A stretch of 64,000 bases of DNA, taken from the NCBI GenBank assembly GCA_020137815.1, contig CM035360.1:6014001-6078000 (forward strand). Direction: 5' to 3'. The notes beneath the pieces were generated by a model that made no database searches, was not told the origin of the DNA, and was given only the letters and a program-made list of their open reading frames with translations. This DNA is from Hormiphora californensis (lineage: Eukaryota > Animalia > Ctenophora). Within the stretch, counting starts at the first letter, position 1, and every line of letters begins with the position of its first letter. Made by a program: the position numbers and the translations under genes. Below, one piece after another: positions 46,457 through 64,000 of this stretch.

Positions 46457-49400
46457 ATGAATGAGGACATTGTGATACGGACTTTAGCCCGGGCTGCGGC
46501 TGCAACATTCTACACAAGTGCCCGTTTTTTTAGTTTCATTACATTGAAGGTGTTCGATGTGATCTGTCTGATCGCTACATTTCTCGCATTCTGTACAGTG
46601 GTTCGTGTTCCAGCATTGTGGCATATTTACACGATAAACAATAGAGATGGAGGGTTCCGTCAGCGATGGAAGCTGGCAGGCTTCATTCAAATATTGGTTT
46701 TTATCTCAGATATACCGTTCATGATCATGGGCTTAACGTTGCTGATTTTCTTTTGGAGAGGAGCCAAACTTTATACTGAACATGGTCCCATCACATATGA
46801 TGGGTTTGGATACGAAGGTTGGCAACTTCGGAAACTTGTCTGGAAGCACTTTATCCTTCTGTGGACGGACTTTATGTTCTTCCCTATGGTAGCTTGTCTA
46901 TCTGCCTCTTGGCGGGGTGCCCAATTCAGGGAAATGTGGGCCCGTGATCACGGTGATGAAATGACGTGGAGGAAACAGCTCATGAAACAGTTTCTAAGCC
47001 TGGTAAACGATATCCTGACAATGCCGATAATTATCTTCTACCTCTTTTCTTGGAGAAGCTATCCGATACGGGGAGCAATTATCAAATACATCCAGTTCAC
47101 ACGTTCCAGTGATCGACCTGATCTGCCTGACAACCTCACCGATTATGACCTTCTAGCATGTCTTCTCAGATTGCCTCCAGGCAACACTTTCCTCTGTCAA
47201 TGGGCCTTGGTGTTTACCCAAACGTGGTACTTCATCCTTGATCTTCTGTGTGTTATTCCAGCAGGGTGTCTGTGTCTCTCCTGGAGAAAACCACTTGTCT
47301 GGGAGGTCCTCGGTCCCTGGGTGAGCCGGTCTATCATTGGCGGGACAACGCAGACATTCAATGTTAACGATATTAGGACTGATAGCGATGGGAAAGTTAG
47401 GAAGTTTGTTATGGAGAACTTTACGGAGCTGATATTTCACGATTTTCCTATTTCCATTCTCGGCCTTATCCTGCTGATTTCCTGGAGGTGCCCTGTTTTT
47501 GTGAGGGATGTTTGGCGGGTATTGACAACAGATCAGCTTCCCCATGTCAACAGAGTGAAGTTCTCCTACATACACCCATCTGATGATCTACTAGTAAATC
47601 ACAGGAAGATTTGTGAAATTGGGAGGGTGACAAAAACCAACTTCTGCTCTCTTTTTACCGATCTAGTGGTAATGGTAGAGATAACAATCATGATCATACT
47701 GTCTCCTGTAACACCCTGGTGTCTAATCGACACCCTCAACCGATTGTGGGCCATGTTCAAACGAGGGGTGCAGGGTGAGCATAGCATCAAACAAACCATA
47801 CACAACAACTTTTGTTGTGCATTGATCGATCTTCCAGCGGTGTTGGCAACAACGGTGGTTTGTGTCACGCTCTGGAGACTTCCTTTCTTGATAAGCGAGC
47901 TATTTGCCCTACATGCACGGCACCTGAGAATACAAATTATCATTGCAGAACAAACCAGGCTAAGAGAAGAGATACAACTCGATCTAGCAGAAGGAGAAGA
48001 AGGTGTTACCAGGCAGGTAGCAAGGGAGGAGGATAACTTACACGGAGATCGCACACTTATTATTGGAAAAGTAAAATTCTGGTTCACCGCATACAGGATA
48101 GAAATCTACTCCAAGATTTACAGAAACTTTTTCCTGATCTTGGTAGACATTTTGACCTTACCATTCATTCTAACCACAGCCCTGACCCTCTGGAGACTTC
48201 CCTTCTTTTTGAAGACAGTGAAGGAGAGCTACAAACCCGCCGGAGAGAGTTCATCTATGACGTCACCGCATGTCAAACCATTTTGGAGATATCCTCTGTG
48301 TTCGTATGATGGTGCAATCGTCCGGGGAGGAGCGTTAAAGAGTGTCCTTCTCTTGATCATCATTGACATCCCCTGCTTCTTCTTATTCTTCATAAACCTT
48401 ATTGGCCTTCTCCGTCTTCCCGCCATCCTCTCTGCCCTTCTCACTTCCACATCCTTCTACACCGAGTATCCTCTAATCCTGGCCCTGGAGACCCTCAATC
48501 TACTTGTTGATTTGGCCTACCTCGTTATGGGGTTGGTGTTGGTTGCCATGCGACCAGTTGCCACGGTAACCAATCTTCTAGAGGATGAGGATCACAGGAG
48601 ATGTAGAGAACTTGCTGATATGATGGGCCCCATCAAGTACCTCCTGAGAAAGGAGGAGGACTGCAACATAAAGCTGCGAGATGCCCTGAACGGACTTATA
48701 AAGTCGTACAGTGTAAACGATGAGAGACATTGCAAGTTTGTCTTGGGCAGAGTTGTAGCCGGGTATTTGGCTGATTTAGAGGTCATGAGGGTGAAGCTGT
48801 TGGATCGGTACGTGGACGATCGTTACCTCTACCTCTTCTCCAAGTACATGTTTCTTAAAGACAAGCATGCCCACTTTAAATACCGGCGTTACCTCGTTGA
48901 GAAGTTCTACCTGATGAACCCTACTGTCAGGGTGAAGGAGCACAATCTGAAACTTCACAAGGCGGAGTACTTGGTGTATAAAGACCAGATGGACCGAGTT
49001 AAGGGGGAGTTAGTTGATTTTGAAGGTGGAACGTCCACCGCTATACCGTGGTGAGTGTGGCTTCTGGGCTCGAACTAGAAAGGAGAACCAGGCTGTGTTG
49101 GTAAAAACTCTGAAAAACGGTTACTTTGCTACCATTCTCCTGATTCTCATCAACTGCATCTTGATATACCGAGCAGTACCACTACTTAGTCAGATATTTA
49201 GAGAGCCCTTCCTGTTGAGGAAGAAGGCTATTGTAAACCTCCGCGAGTACAGAAAGGATCTGGTGTGTCTAGTCCAGTGTATCATGGTGTTTATTAGTGT
49301 GTACAGAGCTCCTGATCTTCTTAGTGACCTGGTTGTGGATGTGTTTTACAGGAGAAGTTTGCGGGCTGTTCGGGCTACTGCTGCTCTGTATCCACCCAAA

Positions 49401-51818
49401 ATTCGCAGCGACATTCACAAGCTTGGTCGGAACATCTTCAAATGGCGAACTGTTGCTTTTTGCATTGCATCCGTCCTTTGTTTTTGCTTTATCCCCCTTT
49501 CGGCAGTGGTGAGGGCTGTCAAGAGCACTGACATAACGACATCCCAAAACAAGCTACTTGGGTACTCACTGCTCATCTATATTGCCATCGCTCTGGCACC
49601 TTGGGGGATCTTCGGCGGGGGACCATCACCCATTTCCGAGATACGTCAGCACCTTCTCGAGTACCTTGGAATTCTAGGAGGGATTTTGGTTGTTCTTACG
49701 GTTGTTCTCTCCCGTACGCCCAGGCCCATGGCCCCCGTGGACTATGTGAGGAAAAACTGGGGCCTGGTCCTAGTCATGTTCAACGAGTTATCCCAAGCGG
49801 GTCAAATCCTTGCTTTACTCCTTCATCAAACCTCCCCATCATCTTCATTTCTGTCTCCATGGCTACGCAGCATGTTCCTACTTGATACGGGGACCCCCAC
49901 CGATAACCACTACTGGTTTACCTGGTTGTTCTATATCTGGTTCTTTGTCTCCTCTGCCCCCATTGTCCTGGAGGGGGTATTGAAATATGTCCCTGAAGGT
50001 CGGTTTTCCAAGGATAATTTCTCATGGCAGTTCTTCTTGACGATCTTTGGTGGAACACTTTTTGTTCCTTTCGTCTACCTAGGATCTTCCTTCCTCACTG
50101 CTTTATCCAGTAACAACGAGAGGAAGTTTGTGTGGCAGACAGTGGACGGTGGAGAAGGGGACGCTCTCTGGTGTTTAGTCTACCTTGCATGGTATCTTCT
50201 TACTTCTGTCTCTGGGTATTGCACATTTTGCAGCACAACTGGCCGATCTGTGGCCGATTTGAAGTGGTCCCCTATTTTCTCGTCCGCTAACAACTTGATA
50301 AAGTTAGCGCTGGTGTTCGCCCTGATCCTCACTGAACTACCCTTTACGATCAAGGCTGTTCTGGTTATGACATGTTTCGTTGTCATGGGAACTCTCCCGG
50401 AAGTGTACACCAGTTTAGTTAGCAAGTACGGCCGTCAGGCCAACCAGAGACCTGGAAATTCCAAAATCTTGACAACTTGGAGGAGATCAACTGTTTTGGT
50501 TGGATGCTTACTAAGTCTTCTGGTGACTGTTGACAGTCTGGTTATTTCCCTTCAACCTTGGTTGGATGGAGTGATACTGTTCGGGCTCTCCCTTCTCCTG
50601 CTGGTTATGTCAGTTCAACTTTTCACCACCAAGGTACCATCCCACCAACACCGGGAACAGTTTGTTGCTAATGTTCGTGCTATTGATGATCTTCTCGGTG
50701 AGGGGGGAGTTATAACTAGTTGGCAGAGTGCCAGGTCTGGTTGGCTCAACTTAGTCCGGTCTGTCAGGCTTGCCAACGAGGCAGATCGACAAACAGAGTT
50801 GATAGTAGAGGGAGTTCTTACCACCAACGCACAACAAGAACAGCCCATTTCTGATCCTGTTAACCCTCCTGCGTACTCGGACCTTGAGGATACCCTCCCT
50901 GAATATGATGCCATTCACCAGTTTAGTGCCCCTGATGAAGTGGGAGATCCTGATCTCGTACCCGATGTTGAATACCTGACCACCCCGGTGGGGGAATGGA
51001 AGAAATTCTCAGCACAGCACTGGTACCAGACCTACCGGTATACCAATGCGCCAGCTGAGGAGGAGGGGGAGGAGGTGGTACTGTCCTGTACCGGGTCTAG
51101 CATCCTGTTAATGTTAGAAGGCCACACCAGGTACACATCCCTGGGATTGAGTTGTGTTAGGAATCTCCACAAGTGGAGGGCACTTGTTGAGACATCGGAT
51201 TGGAAGGCTTTGGCACGGTATTCGGAGATGCTGAAGTCAGCAGTACAGTTCAACTACAAAGACCCGCCTGCCAACCCGGGTAATGATTATAACCGAGATA
51301 GCATCCTTAGACCTTCTGATGACAGGAGTTATTTCCCTGATTTTACAGCCAGTGAAACTCTGTTTGAGATTAAACTCCGGGTTCACAGAGACCGAGTTGA
51401 GAGCTTGCTGGGCTTGGTACCCCCGACTACTGCCCAGATTCTCGCTCTGCTCTTCTCTCCTGATTATCCCATGCTAAGTAAAGTGAGCTGCAGTGAGGAT
51501 AATGTTATCACTTGCTCGTTGTTCAGGGAAACTTCCATTACAATCGTTTCCGTGCCGGATCCAGGGTTTAAACTTGCCTCCAAAGCCAAGATTGAGTTGG
51601 GGAGGGAGGTGATTATGAAGATAGGGTGTGAGGGGCAAGGGGAGGTTGTGGAGTTTCAACCACCCTATCCAGTTGGGAGGAAGAATGCGTTCTTATCCGC
51701 AAAGTTACAAGGGTATGAAGTGATACGTTCGAATGGGGAGGTGAGTTTAAAGATAGCTGGAGCAGAGGTCGCGTTGGATAAGGTTTTAGCAACAATAAGT
51801 AATCTACATTGGCAGTAA
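46457..51818 (+). CDS. Large intronless multi-pass membrane protein (about 1790 aa if joined), split by a +1 frameshift near 49015-49030
   Basis: ORFs of 865 and 934 aa overlap by 41 nt; recurring D..P-hydrophobic-(S/L)WR helical repeats continue as D/N...YRAP/YRAVP in ORF2; many hydrophobic segments; PPAY motif in the C-terminal part. Confidence 0.75.
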
Positions 51819-52177
51819 TACTTTAATTTTGTATTGTAATTAAAGTACATTTTAGAATTTCAATATTTAGAATTAATTTGAAATAATCAGAGTTGTGTGT
51901 GTTTTTGTTTTGTCTGTTTTTAACTTGTATTGTGTGCTTGTTTCTGTCTTTGCTGGGTAGCTTTTAACTTTGTACAGTCAATACTATTTGTAGACAACTT
52001 TTTCTTACAAATTACGAAGTTTACTGTTTTACCCCCAACTCCCCTGTAAATCCCACTCAAACTACATTCAAAACTCTACCCTCCCTCTTCCACTTTCATA
52101 TCCAGCAACCCCCATCTGTCCCTCCCTACCTCCCACCTCTCTCTCTCTCTCTCTCTCTCTTGTTTTAGAAATGTAAG

Positions 52178-58602
<6,425 letters not shown>

Positions 58603-59014
58603 AACAAGTGCTTGTACCCGGTGGTGCAATACCGTCTGAACTGAAGAATACATCCCCACCATCACTGTGGACGATGATTATGTAAAATCAAGTGTAATGT
58701 TATTTATCTTATTTGGGAAACTCATAAAGGAGCGTGTACGATTTATATTAGCTGTATATTCTGCTGTTAGAATAGAGTTATCAATTGTTGCTATTTTCTC
58801 AAAGTTAAAACCTTATTTTCGAGCCTTATGTCAATCCTAGCAACTAGACATTGTTCACCTCTATAAAACATGCATGTGTAAATAACTGACATCAAGATCA
58901 CATTATATTATTGAATTTTTGAGGAAACCCCGTGTCTTTTACTTATTATATAACCCCCCCCCCCCTCTAATCATCCAGCTTTTATTGACTAATCATGTTC
59001 CAGGGGGTGTTATC

Positions 59015-60545
59015 ATGTTTCAAACTACTCACTTCCTACGCGGTATTCCCTGTGCCCGTGCACTGCACCAGATGATCCAGCGAGATACCCGGCTAACTAT
59101 TCCCAAGAACCTCGTATTCATCAAGGGCCCTAATGTGGCCCCTGTGTTAAACTGTCTAAACTACACGGAACTAGAGGGGCAGCTGGCGAGGTTTCAGGGC
59201 AGTGGTGATGGGGTGGTGAATGCTACTTTTGTGATTAATGCCACCACGGCCAACAGCAAGAAAATGAGCAAAGTTCGGGGAATTGCGACGTTTTCTGAGA
59301 AAATTAGGGATTTGAGTGTACTGGCGGTGTGCGATGGTGGGGCTCATGAGGCAGCGATGGAGGCTGGGGCAACAATGTGTTTAGATCCTGCTGATATAGG
59401 AAAAATATCTGAGGGAGAGGTGAGAACTTTTCGATTTCTTTTTACACATTGAAAGTTTTATAACTGATCAGTCATTGGATTGTGGGATCATTTCACATTG
59501 TCTTGAAACTTCCTCCGGAGACAAACCACATATCCCCCCCCTGCACCCAGCCCCCCCCCCCCCACACCACACATCTCCCCCTGCAGATAAATATTGAGGA
59601 CTATGAGAGTGTCGTGTGTACTACCCACTGTTTGAAATCCCTGGCTAAAGTAGCTCGGGTACTGCGGGCTAAGATGCCTCATCCACGAAAAGGTATGTTC
59701 TAACCGGGGCGTGGTGACACAGGGTCGAACAAGGCAAGGTAGTGTCGTCCTCTCTCTCTCTCTCTCTCATCTTTTCTTCTTCGTTTTTATATTTGTTAAA
59801 CTGTCTCTAACCTTCAAAACTCAAATTCCATATACCTATCCAGGTACGGTCAATGATAATATAGGAACAGCAATCCGTGCTTCTCTACTGAATGTGGAAT
59901 GGGAAACAGTGGACAGCCAGAACCATTCTGATTTCTTTAATATTACCCTACCATTATTCAAGGTTAGTGCTTCTTTGTAACTTCCCTGATATTATACGAT
60001 TATAACTTTGCAGTAATGCAGTTTGCAACATAGTCTGATTTTTATTACTTTCTACCTAAATTCTCTAACCGATTCCTCCTTCTATTGACAGGCTGATTTC
60101 CCAATCACAACCATCAAAGACCATGTAACAACAATGTTTGGGGAGATACAGAAATACCGACCTGCCAAGTTCAAACCAGAGACTTTTGTGGAGCGTGTTG
60201 AGTTTAGTATGGGTGGAGATAATCTACACCTTGATATCAGGGAACATAACGCATCATACAAACAGGCAGAGGTAACAACTCTCACTGATATTCATTGCTC
60301 TTTAGATCATGTTTTCCAATCGAAGACCCATAATTTCTGGTACATTTTAAAGCACTTCATCTCTTATTATATCTCTAATTATCTCTAATTAAACTCAGGT
60401 AACAGTCCTAAAGAAACGGTACACTAGAGAAGAAACGTGGGGACTGAGAGATCAGGCTAAATCTAAACAAGCATACCTTGACTCTGAGCGGGAGAAAATT
60501 GGGGTGTTCCTTGAAAATCGATGGGAGTCAGTTATGAAGGAATGA
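59015..60545 (+). CDS. MRPL1: Mitochondrial ribosomal protein uL1m-like, 5 exons
   Basis: Presequence-like N-terminus; VRGIATF...VLAVC.....AAMEAGA......I.KISEGE|INIEDY..VV.T......L..V.RVLRAKMPHPRKG|TV, the uL1 pattern. Confidence 0.75.
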
Positions 60546-60710
60546 GGGACTGTTTTATAGTTAACTTATTACCTTTTTGACGCTTTTTATACTGTGTGAA
60601 GTAACTTTCAACACGTTACAGATTATATTGACTTGTCTTTATTTAGACTTAGTTTATACCAAACCCACTAATTTTAACCTTTTACCCTCCCTGTGTACTG
60701 CAGTGTTATC

Positions 60711-62021
60711 ATGGATTCTGTAGCCTCAGTTAGTATGGATATTTTAGAGCAAGAAGATCCGTCCAACGAATACTGGAGAGCTAAATATCTGCACATATTG
60801 GAACACAGTAGAAAAGTACTGCAGGTAGGGGCTATCTGAAACTCACCCCTTCCCTTGTTCATATCTGTCTTGAGAAGTTTCTTTTGTCCGATGCGATATC
60901 ACTCTTCCTCTCTCTCTTAGAGCAATCGTCACCACCAAGCCAAAATCAAGAGGATAAATAAAAACATCCGCCGCATCTCTAAACAGAACCAGTAAGTCAT
61001 CACCACAAACACACTTTGTGTATAAAACAGTGTACACGACTCTCTCGCCCTCTCATAAACAGAACGCCATTTATAGACGCTGCCCCTGTTGTTGCAGTAA
61101 CGCGCGGAGTCGATTTAGCAGAAATGATGGCGCGCCAATACAATTTGTACATCACACGCGCGCGGGACACTGTTGGTCGTGTATTGTACATTTTCAGAAC
61201 ACAGCATTTATCTGAATACAATATCTCCATCTTTCTAACCTAACCATTGTATTCGTCAGGTATTTTGTACAAGTTTTGAAGGGTCATGGAGACGATTTTG
61301 GGCTTCATTGCCCCTCTGTGTGGGAGAAAATAGCATATCCTGGAGCAATATCAGAACCCTTGTTGGAAGCCAAAACTCACACGAAGAAACCACCAAACGC
61401 GTTCTTTTTGTACTGCAAAGAAAACAGGGACTCAGTTAAGAAACAGGTAGAATGATAGTATTTAGATCTCAAATCGATTATTGGAGACTCTATACTATAG
61501 TTTCCTATCACCCATCATGTCACCTATCAGAGTTCAACTATTTTCTATCTTCAGATCCGGGAGTCTCCGCAGGGAATGTTTGATGCCAGGAATGAGATAA
61601 CTCGGCAACTTGCCAAGGATTGGAATGCCCTCCCACAAGAGGAACGAGAGGTAAACATCACAATTTTCCTATTTCGATTGCTGCAAATTCATGTACAATT
61701 CCTCTCACTAAAATGTCTCATCCCTCTCAGAAATACTTTGAGAAGTACAGAGAGAACATCGAGGAGTACGAAGAGGGTATCCGAGAGGAGCGAAGAAGGA
61801 ACCGACTAATGTTTGCTATGAGCAGTAGTGAAAGTGAATCTGAATTGCTACCAGACCAAGATCAACAGAATGACAATAATAATCAGACACCTGCCCATAA
61901 TTCCTTTAGTAATCAACCGTTCGAGGGACATCACCCTTTCCATCACCTGTTTGCTAACGGCAGGGCGTCCACATCATCAGGATTCCCTGGACCCTTCAAG
62001 ATGAACAGTAATAAGGGATGA
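60711..62021 (+). CDS. HMG-box protein with an N-terminal coiled coil (INO80E/TFPT/Nhp10-like architecture, tentative), 5 exons
   Basis: KKPPNAFFLYCKENR...EITRQLAKDWNALPQEERE|KYFEKY HMG box; N-terminal YWRAKY..coiled coil. Confidence 0.75.
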
Positions 62022-62255
62022 TGATGATGACTCTGTCTGAGCATCAGTTTGTTTATGTGGATTAATTCAAGAATCTAGACATGGTTCCCAAGAGTTGCCG
62101 CGGACACAAATAACTGATATTTTGGTGGCGTAAAAAAGGTTGTCATATTGATACACAAACATTCAGATACACAACATTCACATTCACAAAGATTGTTACG
62201 GTATTCTGGCTAAGAGTTTTCTCAATTAAAAGTCCAGCTTTCGACCCAAAGTTTA

Positions 62256-62423
62256 TTATTTTAGTTTAACCGTTATCGTGTGCCATGCATTGCTAAGGCA
62301 GCCCCGTAGATTCCAGATATTTCGAACTTTTTCAGGTTGTCGGTTGTAATTTGCATCCACCGCACAACACGTCACCTTCACTTCATCACCAGGGTTCACT
62401 CCCTCTGGTAGGGGCACTTCAAT
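62256..62423 (-). CDS. SUOX: Sulfite oxidase, last exon (remainder lies beyond the window)
   Basis: CAVDANYNRQPEKVRNIWNLRGCLSNAWHTITV* matches the sulfite oxidase C-terminal signature; TTTCAG acceptor. Confidence 0.88.
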   Translation of the reverse strand: MEVPLPEGVNPGDEVKVTCCAVDANYNRQPEKVRNIWNLRGCLSNAWHTITVKLK

Positions 62424-62440
62424 CTGAAATAGAGAGAGAG

Positions 62441-62501
62441 TTGTTATGTTCTAACCCTCCCTTTACATTTGTAAACACAGTCTAGCGGTCTAGCTAGGCA
62501 A
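62441..62501 (+). mobile_element. Mini-element TTG...CAA family (61 bp)
   Basis: Same termini; TSD only partial (AGAG). Confidence 0.7.
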
Positions 62502-62810
62502 AGAGTTGGAGTGAACAATTACAAAGTAGGTAATATGAATATTTAATTGTTTGATAGGGGTAATTCCTGTGTGAAACCAATGTTATTGTTTGATCTATCC
62601 CTTGTTTTATCTATTAAATTATCCAGAAACTTATGTGAGTGTGTTTGTATAAGAAACATAAACGTGGCCTATTATGGCGCCAGCACAAAAACCGGTAATG
62701 CAATGGATAAACCGGATACAGCCGCATATGCAGGAAAATTATCCCACGGTATACGACTTCTGCGCGCTGGTCTCTATTCAGTGTGTATCGCGCGTTACGT
62801 TTATGCGATG

Positions 62811-62854
62811 GAGTTTCAAACTTTTCAACACTACTTTAAACAAATTAATTTGAG
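62811..62854 (+). ncRNA. Spliced-leader exon sequence (ctenophore type), not followed by a GT donor
   Basis: GAGTTTCAAACTTTTCAACACTACTTTAAACAAATTAATTTGAG matches the ctenophore SL as recalled from memory (not verified by search). Confidence 0.8.
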
Positions 62855-64000
62855 ATCTCTTCCAACCCGGCCCTCGCGGTCGGCTAGGTATAGTCATGAC
62901 GAAAAGAACGAAGAAGAGAACGACGAAGATCACCGTTCCCCCTTCCTCGTCATCGGATTCATGCCCAACATGTAACATCCACTGGGACGATGAAGACGAC
63001 ATCCCCTGTGTGGCTTGTGACAATTGTAACACGTGGTTTCACATCAGATGTGTCGGTATCCCCGATCATTCTTTCTCAAACCTCTCTGAGTCCACCAAAT
63101 GGTACTGTGCTCGCTGTCTTAGAATCCCAGATATTGTACCCGCTACCCCCCTCAAGGCATCATGGGGAAAGCTGTCAGGTCCAGCTCTATCAAACTCTTT
63201 GTTCAGCATCCACTCCAAAATCTCTTCTTTCCGGCCAAACCTTTTCAAACTACCTTCTGGCAAAGCTGGTAAAATGTTTGTAAGTGAGGCTACGAGACTC
63301 GTCAGTGAATGGACTTCTTCTTCCCCCCTCGAGAGTGTTGCACTGACTGCACTACACCTCATGGGTCCTCTTCTTCTTCAAAACCCGGGGCGTAAATCAA
63401 AAACATCTGAGCAATCTGCTGCCCTTCTCCGTCGATTTCTCCTTTGGCAGACGGGAGATTTCGATGCTCTTTTGTCGGAATGCACTGTTATTCAATCCAG
63501 GTTACCCAAGTCCACCGCTGCCGACAATAGGAAAGGTTTTGTTCGGATGATGTTTATCGGGAGAGTAGGGGCTGCTATGAGACTTCTTAGTGCCACTCCA
63601 TCGGCTGCCCTAGAGATAACTCCAGCAGTGGTGAAAGACCTAAAGGAGAAACACCCAGAGGCAGCTCCTCTAAACCCTGACCACGTCATTTCTACCGACG
63701 TACCCCCTTCTTTTGAGCCTGCCATATTTTTCAATCTTAATGCTGACAGCATCAAACGAGCTGCAGCAGCCACGAAAGGCGGTGCTGGACCCAGTGGGAT
63801 GTCAGACCATCTATGGGCCCGTATGTTGTGCAGTAAAGCATTCGGAAAATCATCGGAGTCCCTTGCCCATGAAGTGGCTCTGATGACTAGAAGACTGTGT
63901 ACAGTGTACGTTGACCCTATCTCGCTGAGTGCACTACTATCGTGTAAACTGATCGCTCTAGACAAGAATCCGGGTGTCCGTCCTATTGGTGTAGGTGAGG
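62855..64000 (+). mobile_element. CRE-clade non-LTR retrotransposon, 5' part; ORF from ATG 62896 open to the window end (PHD finger, then start of the RT)
   Basis: CPTC...VACDNCNTWFHIRC...WYCARC PHD; NLFKLPSGKAGKMF, LLLQNP, LWQTGDFDALLSE, LKEKHP, GGAGPSG, LIALDKNPGVRPIGVGE, typical of metazoan CRE ORFs; no stop codon seen. Absent from the ORF track because it runs off the window. Confidence 0.88.

Noticed and set aside
49010-49054. Programmed ribosomal frameshift or micro-intron joining the two membrane ORFs
   Set aside because: No classic slippery heptamer or shifty stop at the likely break. GTGAGT at 49051 has no convincing nearby pyrimidine-tract acceptor. A 1-bp indel is simpler.
62811-62900. 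Intact SL RNA gene
   Set aside because: The exon is followed by AT, not GT, and no Sm-binding site follows.

Overview
Gene-dense, intron-rich eukaryotic DNA. It is most likely ctenophore (inference): a 44-nt stretch at 62811-62854 matches the ctenophore spliced-leader (SL) exon as I recall it, and the window has nested genes and very short same-strand spacers. Recognisable genes on +: RTEL1 (3' part), PPM1G, an orphan gene, an MTMR2-like myotubularin, LSm6, a large intronless multi-pass membrane protein split by a frameshift, MICU1, MRPL1 and an HMG-box gene. On -: tRNA-Ser(UGA), a type-I membrane protein gene, an orphan Cys/His-motif gene carrying a 6.6-kb 30-bp satellite, and the last exon of sulfite oxidase. 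Both LSm6 and the type-I membrane gene sit in one myotubularin intron. Several MITEs and mini-transposons are present. Two signals stand out. (1) A 1.65-kb insertion just after the PPM1G stop codon, flanked by a 13-bp TSD, made of identical head-to-tail copies plus an inverted copy of a highly self-complementary 489-bp non-coding unit; this looks like a retrotransposed viroid/retrozyme-like circular RNA with no canonical ribozyme visible by eye. (2) A CRE-clade non-LTR retrotransposon with an N-terminal PHD finger whose 5' end is joined directly to a full SL exon. Exon boundaries were read by eye and may be off by a few bases.
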